A DNA stretch of 64,000 bases, from positions 62,001-126,000 of the forward strand of contig RHPI01000772.1 in assembly GCA_009103225.1 (NCBI GenBank). The letters are read 5' to 3'. Positions 52,501-64,000 of the stretch are shown here, in pieces. The position numbers were made by a program, and so were the translations under genes. Within the stretch, counting starts at the first letter, position 1; every line of letters begins with the position of its first letter. The stretch is from Chlorokybus atmophyticus. Taxonomy: Eukaryota; Plantae; Mesostigma and Chlorokybus algae. The notes under the pieces are model-generated. The model saw nothing but the letters and a program-made list of their open reading frames with translations. It searched no databases and was not told the DNA's origin.

Positions 52501-52804
52501 TAATGCACTATGGCAACGGCAAAACGCTTGCTTCCTTCCGCAAACTTACTTGCACATTGTACTTGATAGCAAGTCCCGCAAGAGTATCATAGGGCGTGAC
52601 ATTGTGGATGATGAACATCTCATCCTCTGCGGCTGGAGCAGCAGCTGGCTCCTGTGCGGAGCCAGCGGGGCTGTGAACAGAGCTCTCGGCATTGGTCTCG
52701 ACGTCCACGTCCGACTCCTCCTCGTCCTCTGATTCCAAATCCCACCGCCGCCGTGCATTCTGCCAGCCCCCCGGTGACGACCTAGTGGACGCCAGCCCGC
52801 TCAT
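49591..52804 (-). CDS. intracellular LysM-domain protein (plant family with a GYY motif)
   Basis: Exon 52804-52550 (IIHNVTPYDTLAGLAIKYNVQ) plus exon from 51776 (VADIKRANGLESDISMFAHKTLRIP) form one LysM domain. Later exons carry LGMLRGYY (50866-50594) and LRRSSST...KWKD* (ending 49591). The middle junctions (51664, 51600-51494, 51218-51161, ~49987) are phase-consistent but tentative. Confidence 0.8.
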
Positions 52805-53242
52805 GCTCCCCACCAGTGGCAGCTTCTGACACTAACCCCTCGCTGCCGACTCTAGATCATAGGGCAGTTGCACCACACAGCTGATAGCAAGTATAACCAA
52901 TGCCAACGCGTGCAACCACACCGACGTCCCTGGCGACAAGCCTTCTGCCTCAGAGACTCGTCTGCACAGCTATACCCGTCTGCCTACCCCGTCTTGTCCA
53001 GAGCAGTAACACCACCCCAGAACGGACAAAAGACCTCACCAGCGGCTTGACCCAGTTATTCCACAAGTACAACCAGCCCGGATCGCAACGACGCCACCTC
53101 TTCCGCCGCTGCCGCCGCCCCGAAGCACCACCCCACGCCACTCCTCACAGACGCCCTCAAGCACGTTTTGGCCCACACCCCTGCGTGACTTTAACCAAAC
53201 GGTGACGGCGCGCACTCGTCAGCCCCCTTGAAGCCCGCCTGG

Positions 53243-53473
53243 CCAAGCAACCTGCCAGCCCCGCAGACCTCGCTTGACGGCGCGCTCGCCGCCGTCCCGT
53301 TGCCGTTGGGCACAGCTGGGGGGCAGCGTGACACCCCCAACGCACGCACAACGTTCACTTCTTAGCAATACCAACGGACCAGATGAAAAGTGTGTCAACA
53401 AGCCTAAGCTTAAAACGTGCGATACTGTCAACGAGAGCAAACGAGAATATTGTCGCAAGACGTTTCTGCCGGT
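53243..53473 (+). repeat. 231-bp segment repeated identically at 57003-57233
   Basis: Base-by-base match from ccaagcaacctgcc to tttctgccggt. Confidence 0.9.
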
Positions 53474-55114
53474 TTTTGTATTCTTGTTGCTCTGGACTCT
53501 ATTATGTAGTCTATATGAGGCAAAACATTGCAATCCACCGGTCTGAGTCAGCGGTTTCGTTTGCACGATTTGGGAAAGTGAGATGTCACATCAGCTGGCC
53601 ATCATGTGGCGTACTGGCACTTGTCACTGCACATTCGCATTCTGCCTTGCGGCTCAGCACGGGAGATCCTGATGTCACCAGCTATCGTTAGCAGCTAGTG
53701 TCACCACGAGTTGTTGAGTATCATTAATACTTCTCTGCTAAACACATCAGTAATAAAGCAATCACTCACAAGCTAAGCAGGCACAAAATAATAACTTACT
53801 CAATGTTCAAGCAAAATAAAGTAGGTAACGACTCAAATGAAGCCCTCCATTGAAGCTCTTGCTGCTTTTGGCAAAAGCAGCAAGAGCAGAGGTTGGCAAT
53901 CAAGCTATATATACTTGGGTTAAAGCAAAAACAGAGTTAACCATCATAATTTGAAACCCAAACTCAAATGATCTAAATTCAGGACCGAGTTAACCTTCAC
54001 ACAGCTTTTGGGTGCCAGCTTTTTGGCAGGATTCAACAAGCACGGCATTAGCAAGGGTAAGGACATATGAAGCGCAGCAAGCAGGTAGAGCTTGGGGTAA
54101 AGATTAGCTCCTGGCACTGCTGTGCTACAGCATGCATATGTGGGTATTATGCAAAGCATGTATGACAATAAAATGTATCATAAAATGTATGATTCAAGCA
54201 TTTGTCTTATGCATCATGTCACAGTCGAGACATGATTTGCACTCCACTTGGCGTTCACTCTTCATGGTTTTCACATTAAAAAACAGCTTTTGCAAGTTTA
54301 TTAATATGAGCTACGAGCAAGTTGTCACGTCAACATTAACAATTGCTTTGTTTAAACCGCCTTTTATTCTTATTTAAAAAGTCATAAATACTTAACATTT
54401 AATTTGTACTGTTACGAATGCAGTCGGTAACCATAACTTGCAAAGCAACTTTATATGACTATTTGTACGCTAAAGTTGCTTGTATCAGCATATATATGAG
54501 TATAAGTCATAACCTTGTTGATGCCATATAAATTTAAATTGGAGTTGCATAAAGCGATCCACTCATGGTTACACCGTATTGCTTATGCGTTATTACGATA
54601 ATGATGTTACACATGTGTCACGGGCTTATGCAACAATGGCGGCATGCATGCGTACATGCATTAATACATAATATAATTTACTATAGATCTTATCATTAGT
54701 AGCAATCTCATTGCGTTAAGATTACTCAATGCACTTATTTATTTACATTTTATGGTATGTATGATCGTTTAACGAATTTTCAATGACCATAAATTGCAAT
54801 CCCACAAGCTGCCACAATGTTGCTTGCGCTCGGATTTTGGTAGGGTGCACAACCATGTGTAAGACAAGCAACATAGTATACCCTTGTCAATGTCAAGGAA
54901 GTTGTTGTGGTTGAACACAATCAGCAGTGGAGGTTGTGCTTGACTTGGTTCCAGCAATGTGTGACTGACTGACTCACACTGCCAGTCAGACACGTGAACT
55001 CGCCACGCAAGCCAAGTTTGTCAGCGCCCAGCGTCAGCATCCCCTCAAAACACCCAGACTCCACCCACAGTTGCACACTGATCGCGTCACTCAGGCAACG
55101 CTGACACTGACGTC

Positions 55115-58100
55115 ATGGCGGGGGCGGTCTCGGCGCTGGTGAGGAGGGGGGCGGCGGTGGCGGTGGCGGCGAGGTTGGGCGACGGCATAGGAGGTGGGGC
55201 AGGCGGGGTGGGGGGAGCTGCGGCATTGCTGAGGAGGTGGAGGACAGCGCAGCCGAGGGACGTCTCGTCACTGGCGGGCAGCGCCGGCGCTCTCCTGGAC
55301 GACACCACGCTGCAGGTGGGTGGGGCAGCATTAGGGTCTTGTGCAATGAGGATTCGTTGAGTCAGCAACAAGTCGCATGCGTATGAGTAACGTGTTGCAT
55401 TGCTCTTTTGCTTGTGACGTGCTCAACATGACACTGCATGCACATGATTAGTCACAAGCAGATTACCAGCACTCGCATTGTATGGTTTCCACTTGAACAA
55501 ATAAGGTTACGTACATATCATACTGTACGCGCCACTGTTTGTTGTAACTGGGCGATGTGCTGACATTGCGGATGGCGACACCGTGTCCTTGTGCACGTGC
55601 GCACCAGTGTGCGTAGAATCTGGATTTGTACAATATTAACGGTAGACAGAACATCCAGCTAACCGTGGTCAGGTAATGAGCAGCATCAGCGTCAAGCATT
55701 ACGAGAGCGTAGCTTCATGTATGCAGTGAGTACGCAGTCTGCTGCAGGTGCTTGCGTGGGGGCAGGGCGGGGGGCAGGTCACACACCGAGGAATCTGTGC
55801 TTGAGTCAGTTTGTATATGTTTGTGCAAACCTGTGATGAGTTTGCCGATGTTCACTGCACATGCATGTAAAAAAACATGCACTGATATGTGCGCGAGCTT
55901 GTGCATGCATGTGTGTTCGTGCACACGTGTACATGACATGCACACTTTTGTGTGGTGTGGATGTGTAGTTCACATGCATGCGTACATATGATTCTGAGAT
56001 ATACACGTGGTAGACACGCATACTCATGCATGTCTACTACACATACACAAACACGTACATGTTGCCTGAAATGCTTGCTCAATGCTGGCGCGTGCAGTGT
56101 GCTCGTTCAGTGGTTTCTGGTTTGGTCATCCAGTCAGCTGTGTTCAGTATTGAAATGTATCCCAACCACAGTTATTTGTACCCCTGCGGATTTTGCAGTT
56201 TCAGGAAAGCGTGCACAGGTTTGCACAGGATCGCATCGCCCCGCACGCTGCCGCCATTGACGCCACCAACTCCTTCCCCAAAGCAAGCAGCAATGCAACT
56301 TCTTGACCCATTGTTTCACGTCTATGCTTACCTGTCCATGCATCAATACCAGTAGTAGGTAATTGGCAACTCAAAACACAGGATGTCAACCTGTGGACGG
56401 TCATGGGAGACTTCCACCTCCATGGCATCACAGTGCCAGGTACGCTGCGCCAACTCATTTCTGTGGTTGTCACAAGTCAACATGACTTTATCACTTAAGA
56501 ACAGCGGCCTTTTGTATGTGTCTTGTGCAAATGACATGACACATGTCGTGATCATTTCAAGTAAGCTGCACATGCTGAATGTAAGCAGTGCTTGTGTAGA
56601 AGGTATTCATGACGAGTGTGACATAAGCCAACCTTGTGTGCAGAGGAGTACGGGGGATCGGGGTTGGGGTACACAGAGCACGTGGTTGCGATGGAGGCGC
56701 TATCGCGCGCGTCGGGGTCTGTTGCTCTCTCCTATGGAGCGCACTCCAACCTCTGCATCAATCAGATAGTATGCTTGCTTGTCCAGCACACCTTGTGTGA
56801 TATGCAGTTTCATTTGCATAATGACGCGGACTGGTCATCATGCAAATGCTGAGACTTGCTTGCTTTATGCCAGGTTAGGCATGGCACGCACGAGCAGAAG
56901 CAGAAGTATCTCCCGAAGGTGAGTGTGCATGTGCGTGCGGGCATCTGTGCGAGCACACGCGTGCACCTGTGCGCGTGTGCGTGTCCCCCCCCCCCCCTGT
57001 GCCCAAGCAACCTGCCAGCCCCGCAGACCTCGCTTGACGGCGCGCTCGCCGCCGTCCCGTTGCCGTTGGGCACAGCTGGGGGGCAGCGTGACACCCCCAA
57101 CGCACGCACAACGTTCACTTCTTAGCAATACCAACGGACCAGATGAAAAGTGTGTCAACAAGCCTAAGCTTAAAACGTGCGATACTGTCAACGAGAGCAA
57201 ACGAGAATATTGTCGCAAGACGTTTCTGCCGGTNCTCCTGCAGTTGGTTTCAGGCGAGCATGTTGGCGCCCTCTCAATGAGTGAACCTAATGGTAAGACA
57301 CGGATAGTATGTGACATTGATGTATTGTAATAGGTACTTCAAGCAAGCGTCTGGTTATTCATGCGCTGTTGTTTGTTCATCCCCACAGCGGGTTCGGATG
57401 TCGTGAGCATGAAGTGCCGTGCGGACCGCGCATCTGATGGCAGCTTTGTTCTGAACGGGACCAAGATGTGGTGCACAAATGGCACCATCGCTAATACATT
57501 GGTAACAAATTGCTGTTGTAATTGTTGTTGTCGATTTCGCTGCCATGGCTCGAGAACTGTAAGCCAAATACAATATATGTTTCAGGTCGTGTATGCCAAG
57601 ACGGATGTCAACGCCGCAGCGCACGGGATAACAGCGTTCCTCATTGAGAAAGGCATGCCAGGGTGAGTGAAGGAAAGGCTTGGTGAGTATGCTTGATGGG
57701 GTTTATGCTATGGTTTACAGTTGAGAGTGGCTCCCGTGTGCAGGTTTTCTACTGCGCAGAAGCTGGACAAGCTCGGTATGCGCGGCTCTGACACGTAAGT
57801 GTACAACAGTCAACATACCGTACCACATCTCACAAAACCATCATACCATACCATGCGTGCTGATACTAGACTGCTATCGCACTATTCTGTCCTGCACTGT
57901 TCCGTACCGCGCGCAGTCGTACAGACAATCCCGAGCAGTTCTGTAAGCTACAGCAAGTTCGTGCCTAACTTTACCGACAACTCCTGCTCACAGCTGCGAG
58001 CTGGTCTTTGAGGACTGCCACGTTCCTGCTGAGAATGTGTTAGGCGAAGTGAACAAAGGTAATAGAGTTGATTGGTATATGGAAATTTGCATCAGGAGGT

Positions 58101-59111
58101 ACATCACAGGTCATCTCTTGATGATCTTCGCATGCAGGCGTGTATGTGCTGATGTCGGGGCTGGACCTGGAGCGGCTGGTGCTGTGCGGGGGACCCCTCG
58201 GCCTGGCTGCCGCGGCTCTGCAGGACTGCGCGCTGCCGTACGTTCGCGAAAGAAAGCAGTTTGGGCAGCCTGTTGGAGAATTCCAACTCATGCAGGTATA
58301 AGGGGAATGCATGCGAGCGCGCCTGCATGCGCACATTTGCATAGGCATGCAGTTACGCGCGCATGCGCGTGCACATATATGTGCCTGCATGTGGGTATGT
58401 GCTTGCACATGGCTGTGTGGGCGCGGGTGGGAGCATGCACATGTGCGGGTGGCTTCCCGTGTGCATGCGTGAGACTTTCTCTCTGCATAATGAAGCAAAA
58501 CTGCTTACTGTTTGGTGCTGAGAACTGAATGTGGCACAGGGCAAGTTGGCAGACATGTACTGCAGGCTCATGTCAGCTAGGGCGCTGGTGTACTCGGTGG
58601 CGAGGTCATGCGATGCCGGGCACATTGATAGAAAGGTGAGTGTCGTGTTGCTTGCGTGGGCGCATGCGCTGCTGTTTTCATCAATTTGCAGCATAGGCAG
58701 CAAAGCTGCTTTTGAAGAGCACGAGTGCTGCAGACTGCAGCTTCATGTGCTCTTGAGCACATGTCATGAGATTAGATTACAAGAGTGTTCAATCCAGTAT
58801 TGCTTGTCATTACCATTGCAGGATTGCGCGGCTGCAATTTTGTATTCGGCAGAGAATGCTACGCAAATAGCGTTGGAGGTATGTTGTTTACGCCTGGTTA
58901 AGCACTTCCATGCTACGTCAAACACTTTGTAAACATTGTCAACTACTGTGTATTCGTCATGCAGGCAATCCAATGTCTCGGGGGCAATGGTTACATCAAT
59001 GAATATCCGACGGGGCGGTTGTTGAGGGATGCGAAGCTGTACGAGATTGGCGCAGGCACAAGCGAGATTAGGCGCATTGTTATTGGACGGCAATTGCTCA
59101 AAGAAACATGA
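55115..59111 (+). CDS. IVD: isovaleryl-CoA dehydrogenase, mitochondrial
   Basis: 14 exons: 55115-55315, 56199-56282, 56382-56439, 56644-56768, 56874-56918, 57244-57292, 57389-57501, 57586-57662, 57744-57794, 57994-58058, 58138-58295, 58540-58635, 58822-58878, 58965-59111. Motifs [68 protein letters not shown]. Confidence 0.97.
57003..57233 (+). repeat. second copy of the 231-bp segment, in IVD intron 5, ending at a single N
   Basis: Identical to 53243-53473; preceded by poly-C and followed by n at 57234. Confidence 0.9.
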
Positions 59112-59532
59112 TGTGAATTGACACAAACTCGTCTCAGTGGCAATCTTGGGCGTGCAAGCGTGATGTGTTGGGTACATGTTCAGTGGCATTAGGTGCAGTC
59201 ATGTAACACAAAATCTCCATACACCAACTCCATGCGCAAAGTCCCCACCACGCAAACCGAAACATGAACAAAAGCATGCGCGCGAGGAATGACAATGGAT
59301 GTTTCGCGTATGCATTGCTCTCATGGTTCATGCGCCTCATTTCAATGCATGTTGCGCAGATCCACCCAATGTGTCCATATGACAAGGGTTGGATTACTGG
59401 TCTTATAGACAAGGGGGAAAGTGCTCTGCTGCTGCTGCTGCAAAAACTATTTATTGGGCTAATGTCGTCTGCTGCGCCAGTCGGGCCGCTTTACAATTGG
59501 CACAACACATCTTCCTGTTTATTGCCACCCTC

Positions 59533-59962
59533 TTACGTCCTGATTGCGTAATTGGCGGTGGCTCTGGGCTTGCACTCCAACTCATTCTTGTTGGCGCTGT
59601 ATGCAGTTGATACACCCTCCGCTGGCGACATCACCGCAGACGCCTGACACATGAACACACTCATGAGCGCACACACATAGTACCATACCTTTATATACAC
59701 ACTGTTGGCTAAGTGTTAACTTGTGTGATATGTCATTGCAGGTCCGCATTGCTGGCTGAGTGTTACACCGTTACAATGCAGCAGCAGCAACCAGTCCATC
59801 ACAATTACTTGCCTTGCTCGTGGGGTTGCTGCTTTTCTTTCCACGGCCAGCGGCAACAACGGTGACAAGAAGCAGCACGACGGCGCATACCAGCGCCGCC
59901 GCTACTAAGGGCGACGAGGCCGCGCCCGGGAGCGCCTGCAGCATGCTGCTGAGACCAGCCAT
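59533..59962 (-). CDS. putative small single-pass membrane protein (~87 aa)
   Basis: ATG at 59962, hydrophobic helix PLVAAALVCAVVLLLVTVVAAG followed by basic RGKK. Candidate exons 59962-59813 (AAG|GCAAGT donor) and 59643-59533. No family recognised. Confidence 0.35.
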
Positions 59963-61762
59963 TGAGCTGGATAGAAGGGAGGAGGCGGAGGGGCGGAGGG
60001 AGCTACTGATGGAAGTAGTAGTGGGATCACGGCGACCTCGCAGACTACGCCGCCGCCGCCGCTGATGCCGCCGCCGCCGATGATGCTTTGCTGCTGTCGC
60101 TGTTGCCAGAAACCGTGGAGAGGGGCGACGAGATACGAAGTGTACGGTCAGGCTGATACGTAGTATCTAAAGAGTGCGCCTAAGTATCTCCGGTAGCTCG
60201 CTGTGTATCTCAGGTGAGGGCAAACAAAGTGTTCTCTTAGTACTACTATGTTGTAGATATGCAACCCAGTGTATAAGGGATCAGGAACGCATTTTTGCAT
60301 ACCTGAGAGCTTACTGCTGGCATTGTGTTTTGGCTGTGTGCTCCTGACAGGACAGCACCTGGCCCAGAACTTGAACTTGAAGGTGGTACTACTTTCTGAC
60401 ACTTGTTCACCCTCGATACTAATGAGCGTATCTGAGAACGGTAGTACAAGTTTGTACGCATTACGCTATTGCAGGCTTCAATGCGTCCTGGACTTATAGC
60501 ACCGGTAACAGTCAGCACTGGTAACTACGGTTATTGCCTAACGTCGGACAATGGTTGCCCGGCCGCTCCCGGCTATGCACATAGGCAGTGCGCGATAGTA
60601 TTATTCTGGCGACCTGTGCATACCGCTGTACCAAACTGATGGGTACATGCTTATAGATGGGTAATACCATGGCATGCGTGACGCATGATGCAATCCATGC
60701 TCTACCGTACAATAATTTGGGGTCGCGCCGCGTCTCCTGCTTTCACAGGCGGGCAACCTTGAGAGTGGCCGTACGACGTCAAGTTGAGGTGGCGTACGGT
60801 TGTGCCGTCGCTTGTGCCTTGCTACTTGAGAACATTAAATGTGTACATCATTGGCTTGAGCAAAGTCGTGCCTACGACGAGACATTCCATCGACAAGTAT
60901 TGAATTGATAATCAATCCGTACCACTTTGATGTCGTGTAAACTAAAGCATAGCGTAGCGAAGTCAGGCTTAAATAATGGTGTGTGTATGTTATGATGGTG
61001 TCGTACTTCATGTATGGCAACATCATAATGGCAAATTGTGATTGGTATTGGTCTGTTGTTCGACAACAATTTCACAATAATTTTGCAATTTGTGCTTCAT
61101 AATCGCATTTGCATACCGATACATAGCACCATCTGGCCATTCTTATTGTTCCCTTTTCGTTTGCTGTTATCTTGCTGCATGTCCTCCAGTCTTACCTGCA
61201 TCACCTGTGATTATAGTTGGATGGTACGACCATATCTACGTGCATTATTTGCACGCATGTAGATAGGGTCGCCGTACGCAGGGGCACATAGCAATGATTG
61301 CCCTTACGAGAACTGATGGACATTATCTGCGGCTGTTGTATGTATGTGCATGGTGTGAGCCACCAGTTGACGGCTTAATTACCATAGCAAAGCCTCGGGC
61401 AAGTTGCGTTAATCACAGAGGCTTCGCATGCCATGAGGTGGCCCGTGCAACTTTCGTGATTGGCTATAACGACGGCGCTACGGGGCTATTTGTAATGCGT
61501 GCGAACTTGTCACATGCATTGTACGTATTAAAAAGCGTATACATCAAGCCGCAGCTATGTGTGTACATGCATTATCAACCAATTTGTGATGTGTGCGGTG
61601 TTTTTGTTTTACTGAAATCGGACGCTCCCGCTTTCTGAACAATTGCCTTGGCAGTGCGGCTTCAAACACTTCCTGGGAAAGTTTTCGCTAGCCGCTAAAA
61701 TCCTGTAGGTGAGCCCATCGCGACGGTGTGGGAAGGGCCAACCATTCCTTCACATTTTACCG

Positions 61763-61838
61763 TGGCGACCCGAATGGGGTTTGAATCTTGGTCTCTCCTG
61801 TCGAAAGGCGGCGTCCTGACTAGTGCGCCACCACCCCT
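61763..61838 (-). pseudogene. degenerate tRNA-like sequence (Glu-like), possibly a SINE head
   Basis: Minus strand reads ...tagtcaggacgccgcctttcgacaggagagaccaagattcaaaccccattcgggtcgcca. It has tRNA-Glu-like D/anticodon regions, a damaged T-loop (attcaaac) and a terminal CCA, but the stems do not close. Confidence 0.5.
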
Positions 61839-63356
61839 TACGGTTCGTGTGCAGTGTGTTGCGTTGGTCTGTAGCTTGCAGTGGTCAGTTTAATTACGAC
61901 TTGTGTGCTATGTGTTGCATCTGATACGCTAGCAATTCTTTCGCACACATATATGCCGAATCAAAAAAGCATATCGCATATGGCTTAAATATTGTAATTA
62001 ACCCCCTCCGATGAAGTTATTTGAGCGGATGCTTTTTGTTTCATCTCATTTTTATTCAAAATTGTTTAAAGTCTTGACACTATCAATGTTGGCTATCAAA
62101 CTTTACCCGGCAAATATTGGTATTAATATCAGTACTCATACGGTTTATCCATTGACAAAAAATTTTAATAATAGCGAGGGCGGAGTATGCTTCAAATGAA
62201 CCGTAGATTGAATAGATTGAGGCGGCATGTCGAGGCGTCATCCTATTGATTCTGCTGTAGCTTTTACTTTTACGGCTTGTTCACCCTCGTAGGGTGAACA
62301 AGTTCCGTAACATTATTTACTCTTTTATATACGCATTGCGCAGCTAGGTCTTAAGGATCTTTTATAAACAATGGATGCCAGATAGGTTTGTGGATAAGTC
62401 ATTAATTGGCAAGGCTGCTGCATGCATGGAAGCTGCTGCATGCTGAGGTGAACTGCACCGTAACAAGTTTTAATTTCCTTCTTTAAACTCATGCGCAAGC
62501 TTTAGATGATGGGGTGCTGGAGGACTGTATTAGGAGCAATCGATGCAATCTGCAGCACCTCGTAATATGACTAAACTAATTTTCGTAACACAATGCAAGC
62601 TTGTATAGCAACATATTTTCTCTTTTATCTTTGTTATTGTGCATTGGCTGTAAAACTTGATGCAATATGAATACACCAAAGGTTATGAGTTGACTTGATC
62701 GGCTGTGACTTCATTTACAAAAGTAAAGAGATTCTGTATGTCTTGTCAGCATGTCATGCCACGCTTCTCATGCCACACTTCTCACTATGGCTTAAGCCCA
62801 TAATGAGAAGTGCTACGAGGATGTGATGTTAAACACGTGTGTGAATGAGAGGTAACTATTGCCCATTGTAGTGCACCACGTTGGAGTTGTAGTGACTATT
62901 GTCATGTTTGAAGCGGGGCAACAATTGGAGACTTGAGGATCAGCTTCCGACCACATTGAGCTCGACATACACCACAAGATGCACCAAAATATGCACACAA
63001 GAATTACTTAGTAGCCTACAAGGACGGTACCGCACTAGCGGTTGTTTCACGCACTCCACATGCATGCGCGCGCTCTCACATGCACATTGTAACTTGCAAA
63101 CAGACCTGGCAATGCCAAGCTGGCACACTAATCATGATTGCTACCGCAATCTACTATTACTTTATAACATAATCAACACAAATTTACCGAGCTGGGGATG
63201 ACACCGATCAGCGCAAGCCCGCCACGTGGTGTTCTGTTTCCTCCGCATGGGTGGGTAGCTTCCTTGTCATCGTCCTGGCACCAAAGTCAATGCTGCATGT
63301 GCATGTGGCCACTCGACAAAGCGGAATGTGGCCATTGAGCGACAACGACCGCGAGA

Positions 63357-64000
63357 TCACCTCGTGCCCGAGCCACTGCATCTGGACACGATGTTCTTCC
63401 CAAGCTTGTAGGCCACCTGGGCAGCAAGGAGGCTGCTGCCCAGGACCGGCCCAAAAGCCTGCTGCAGCACCTCGACCTGGCTGTCCTCCATGTGATCATC
63501 GTGCAACCCGAGCTTCTTCTGATAGGCCAGATACACCTCGCTGCACATCAGCGCCAGAAACATCATCAAAGTTCTGCGCAGACAAAGTAGGGTGAGCTGC
63601 ATGTTGGGAAGCGAAACATAACGCCTGCACCCAGCATGCCAGCCAAGTTGCATACAGGTGCCTGATTGATATGAACAGATCGTACAGATGAGATGGTCAG
63701 TACAAATGACAATGAAATAGCAACAGCAAGTCTGTGTGTCAACCCAGCACAGCTAACAACTTATGTACATGCAGGGCCGACACGCAACACCACCTTGTGG
63801 TCTTGTAAGGTATGAAGTTGCACGCCCAGGACGCGCAACATATGTGAACTCACCCAAAATAAGACATGGCAAAGGCAATGCTGAGCAGAGTAATCTTGGC
63901 GCTGGTGAGAGGGAGGAAGAGCAGCCACGCGATGTAGAGCAGAAGGCAGTTGCCGCCCCAGGCGAGCGTCTGCAAGTTGTTGAGCTTGGGGCTGGAGTAG
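63357..64000 (-). CDS. 3' part of an unknown multi-pass membrane protein (5' end outside the window)
   Basis: Exons >64000-63854, 63801-63769, 63573-63357 splice in phase: YSSPKLNNLQTLAWGGNCLLLYIAWLLFLPLTSAKITLLSIAFAMSYFGPQGGVACRPCITLMMFLALMCSEVYLAYQKKLG...GSGTR*. Confidence 0.6.

Noticed and set aside
59134-59962. mitoNEET/CDGSH protein
   Set aside because: The N-terminal TM helix suggested it, but no CxCxx(S/T)xxxPxCDG motif is present in any nearby frame.

Overview
Eukaryotic, intron-rich genomic DNA carrying plant-type genes. The short introns and gene set suggest a green alga of the streptophyte lineage, but the species cannot be determined from sequence alone. Hand-spliced gene models: a 5'-truncated NCoR/SMRT-type two-SANT protein (POWERDRESS-like), ribosomal protein S5, a plastid-targeted TMEM14/FAX-like protein, a BELL-class TALE homeodomain protein, histone H2A.Z, a 2-phosphoglycerate-kinase-like P-loop NTPase, a small ubiquitin-fold protein, a LysM protein, isovaleryl-CoA dehydrogenase, a possible micro membrane protein and a 5'-truncated unknown membrane protein. 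The region ~11-35 kb is gene-poor and full of mobile DNA. It holds a tandem-array TRIM with 77-79 bp LTRs and a 5-bp TSD, whose LTR/PBS junction assembles a tRNA-like A-box/B-box. It also holds two copies of a non-autonomous DNA transposon with unusual CGT...ACG termini and 2-bp TSDs, several TA-flanked Tc1/mariner-type MITEs, and an inverted pair of decayed hAT-like transposase relics. At least 4 of about 45 modelled introns require GC donors, three of them in one gene. Three large N gaps and three single-N joins limit confidence locally.
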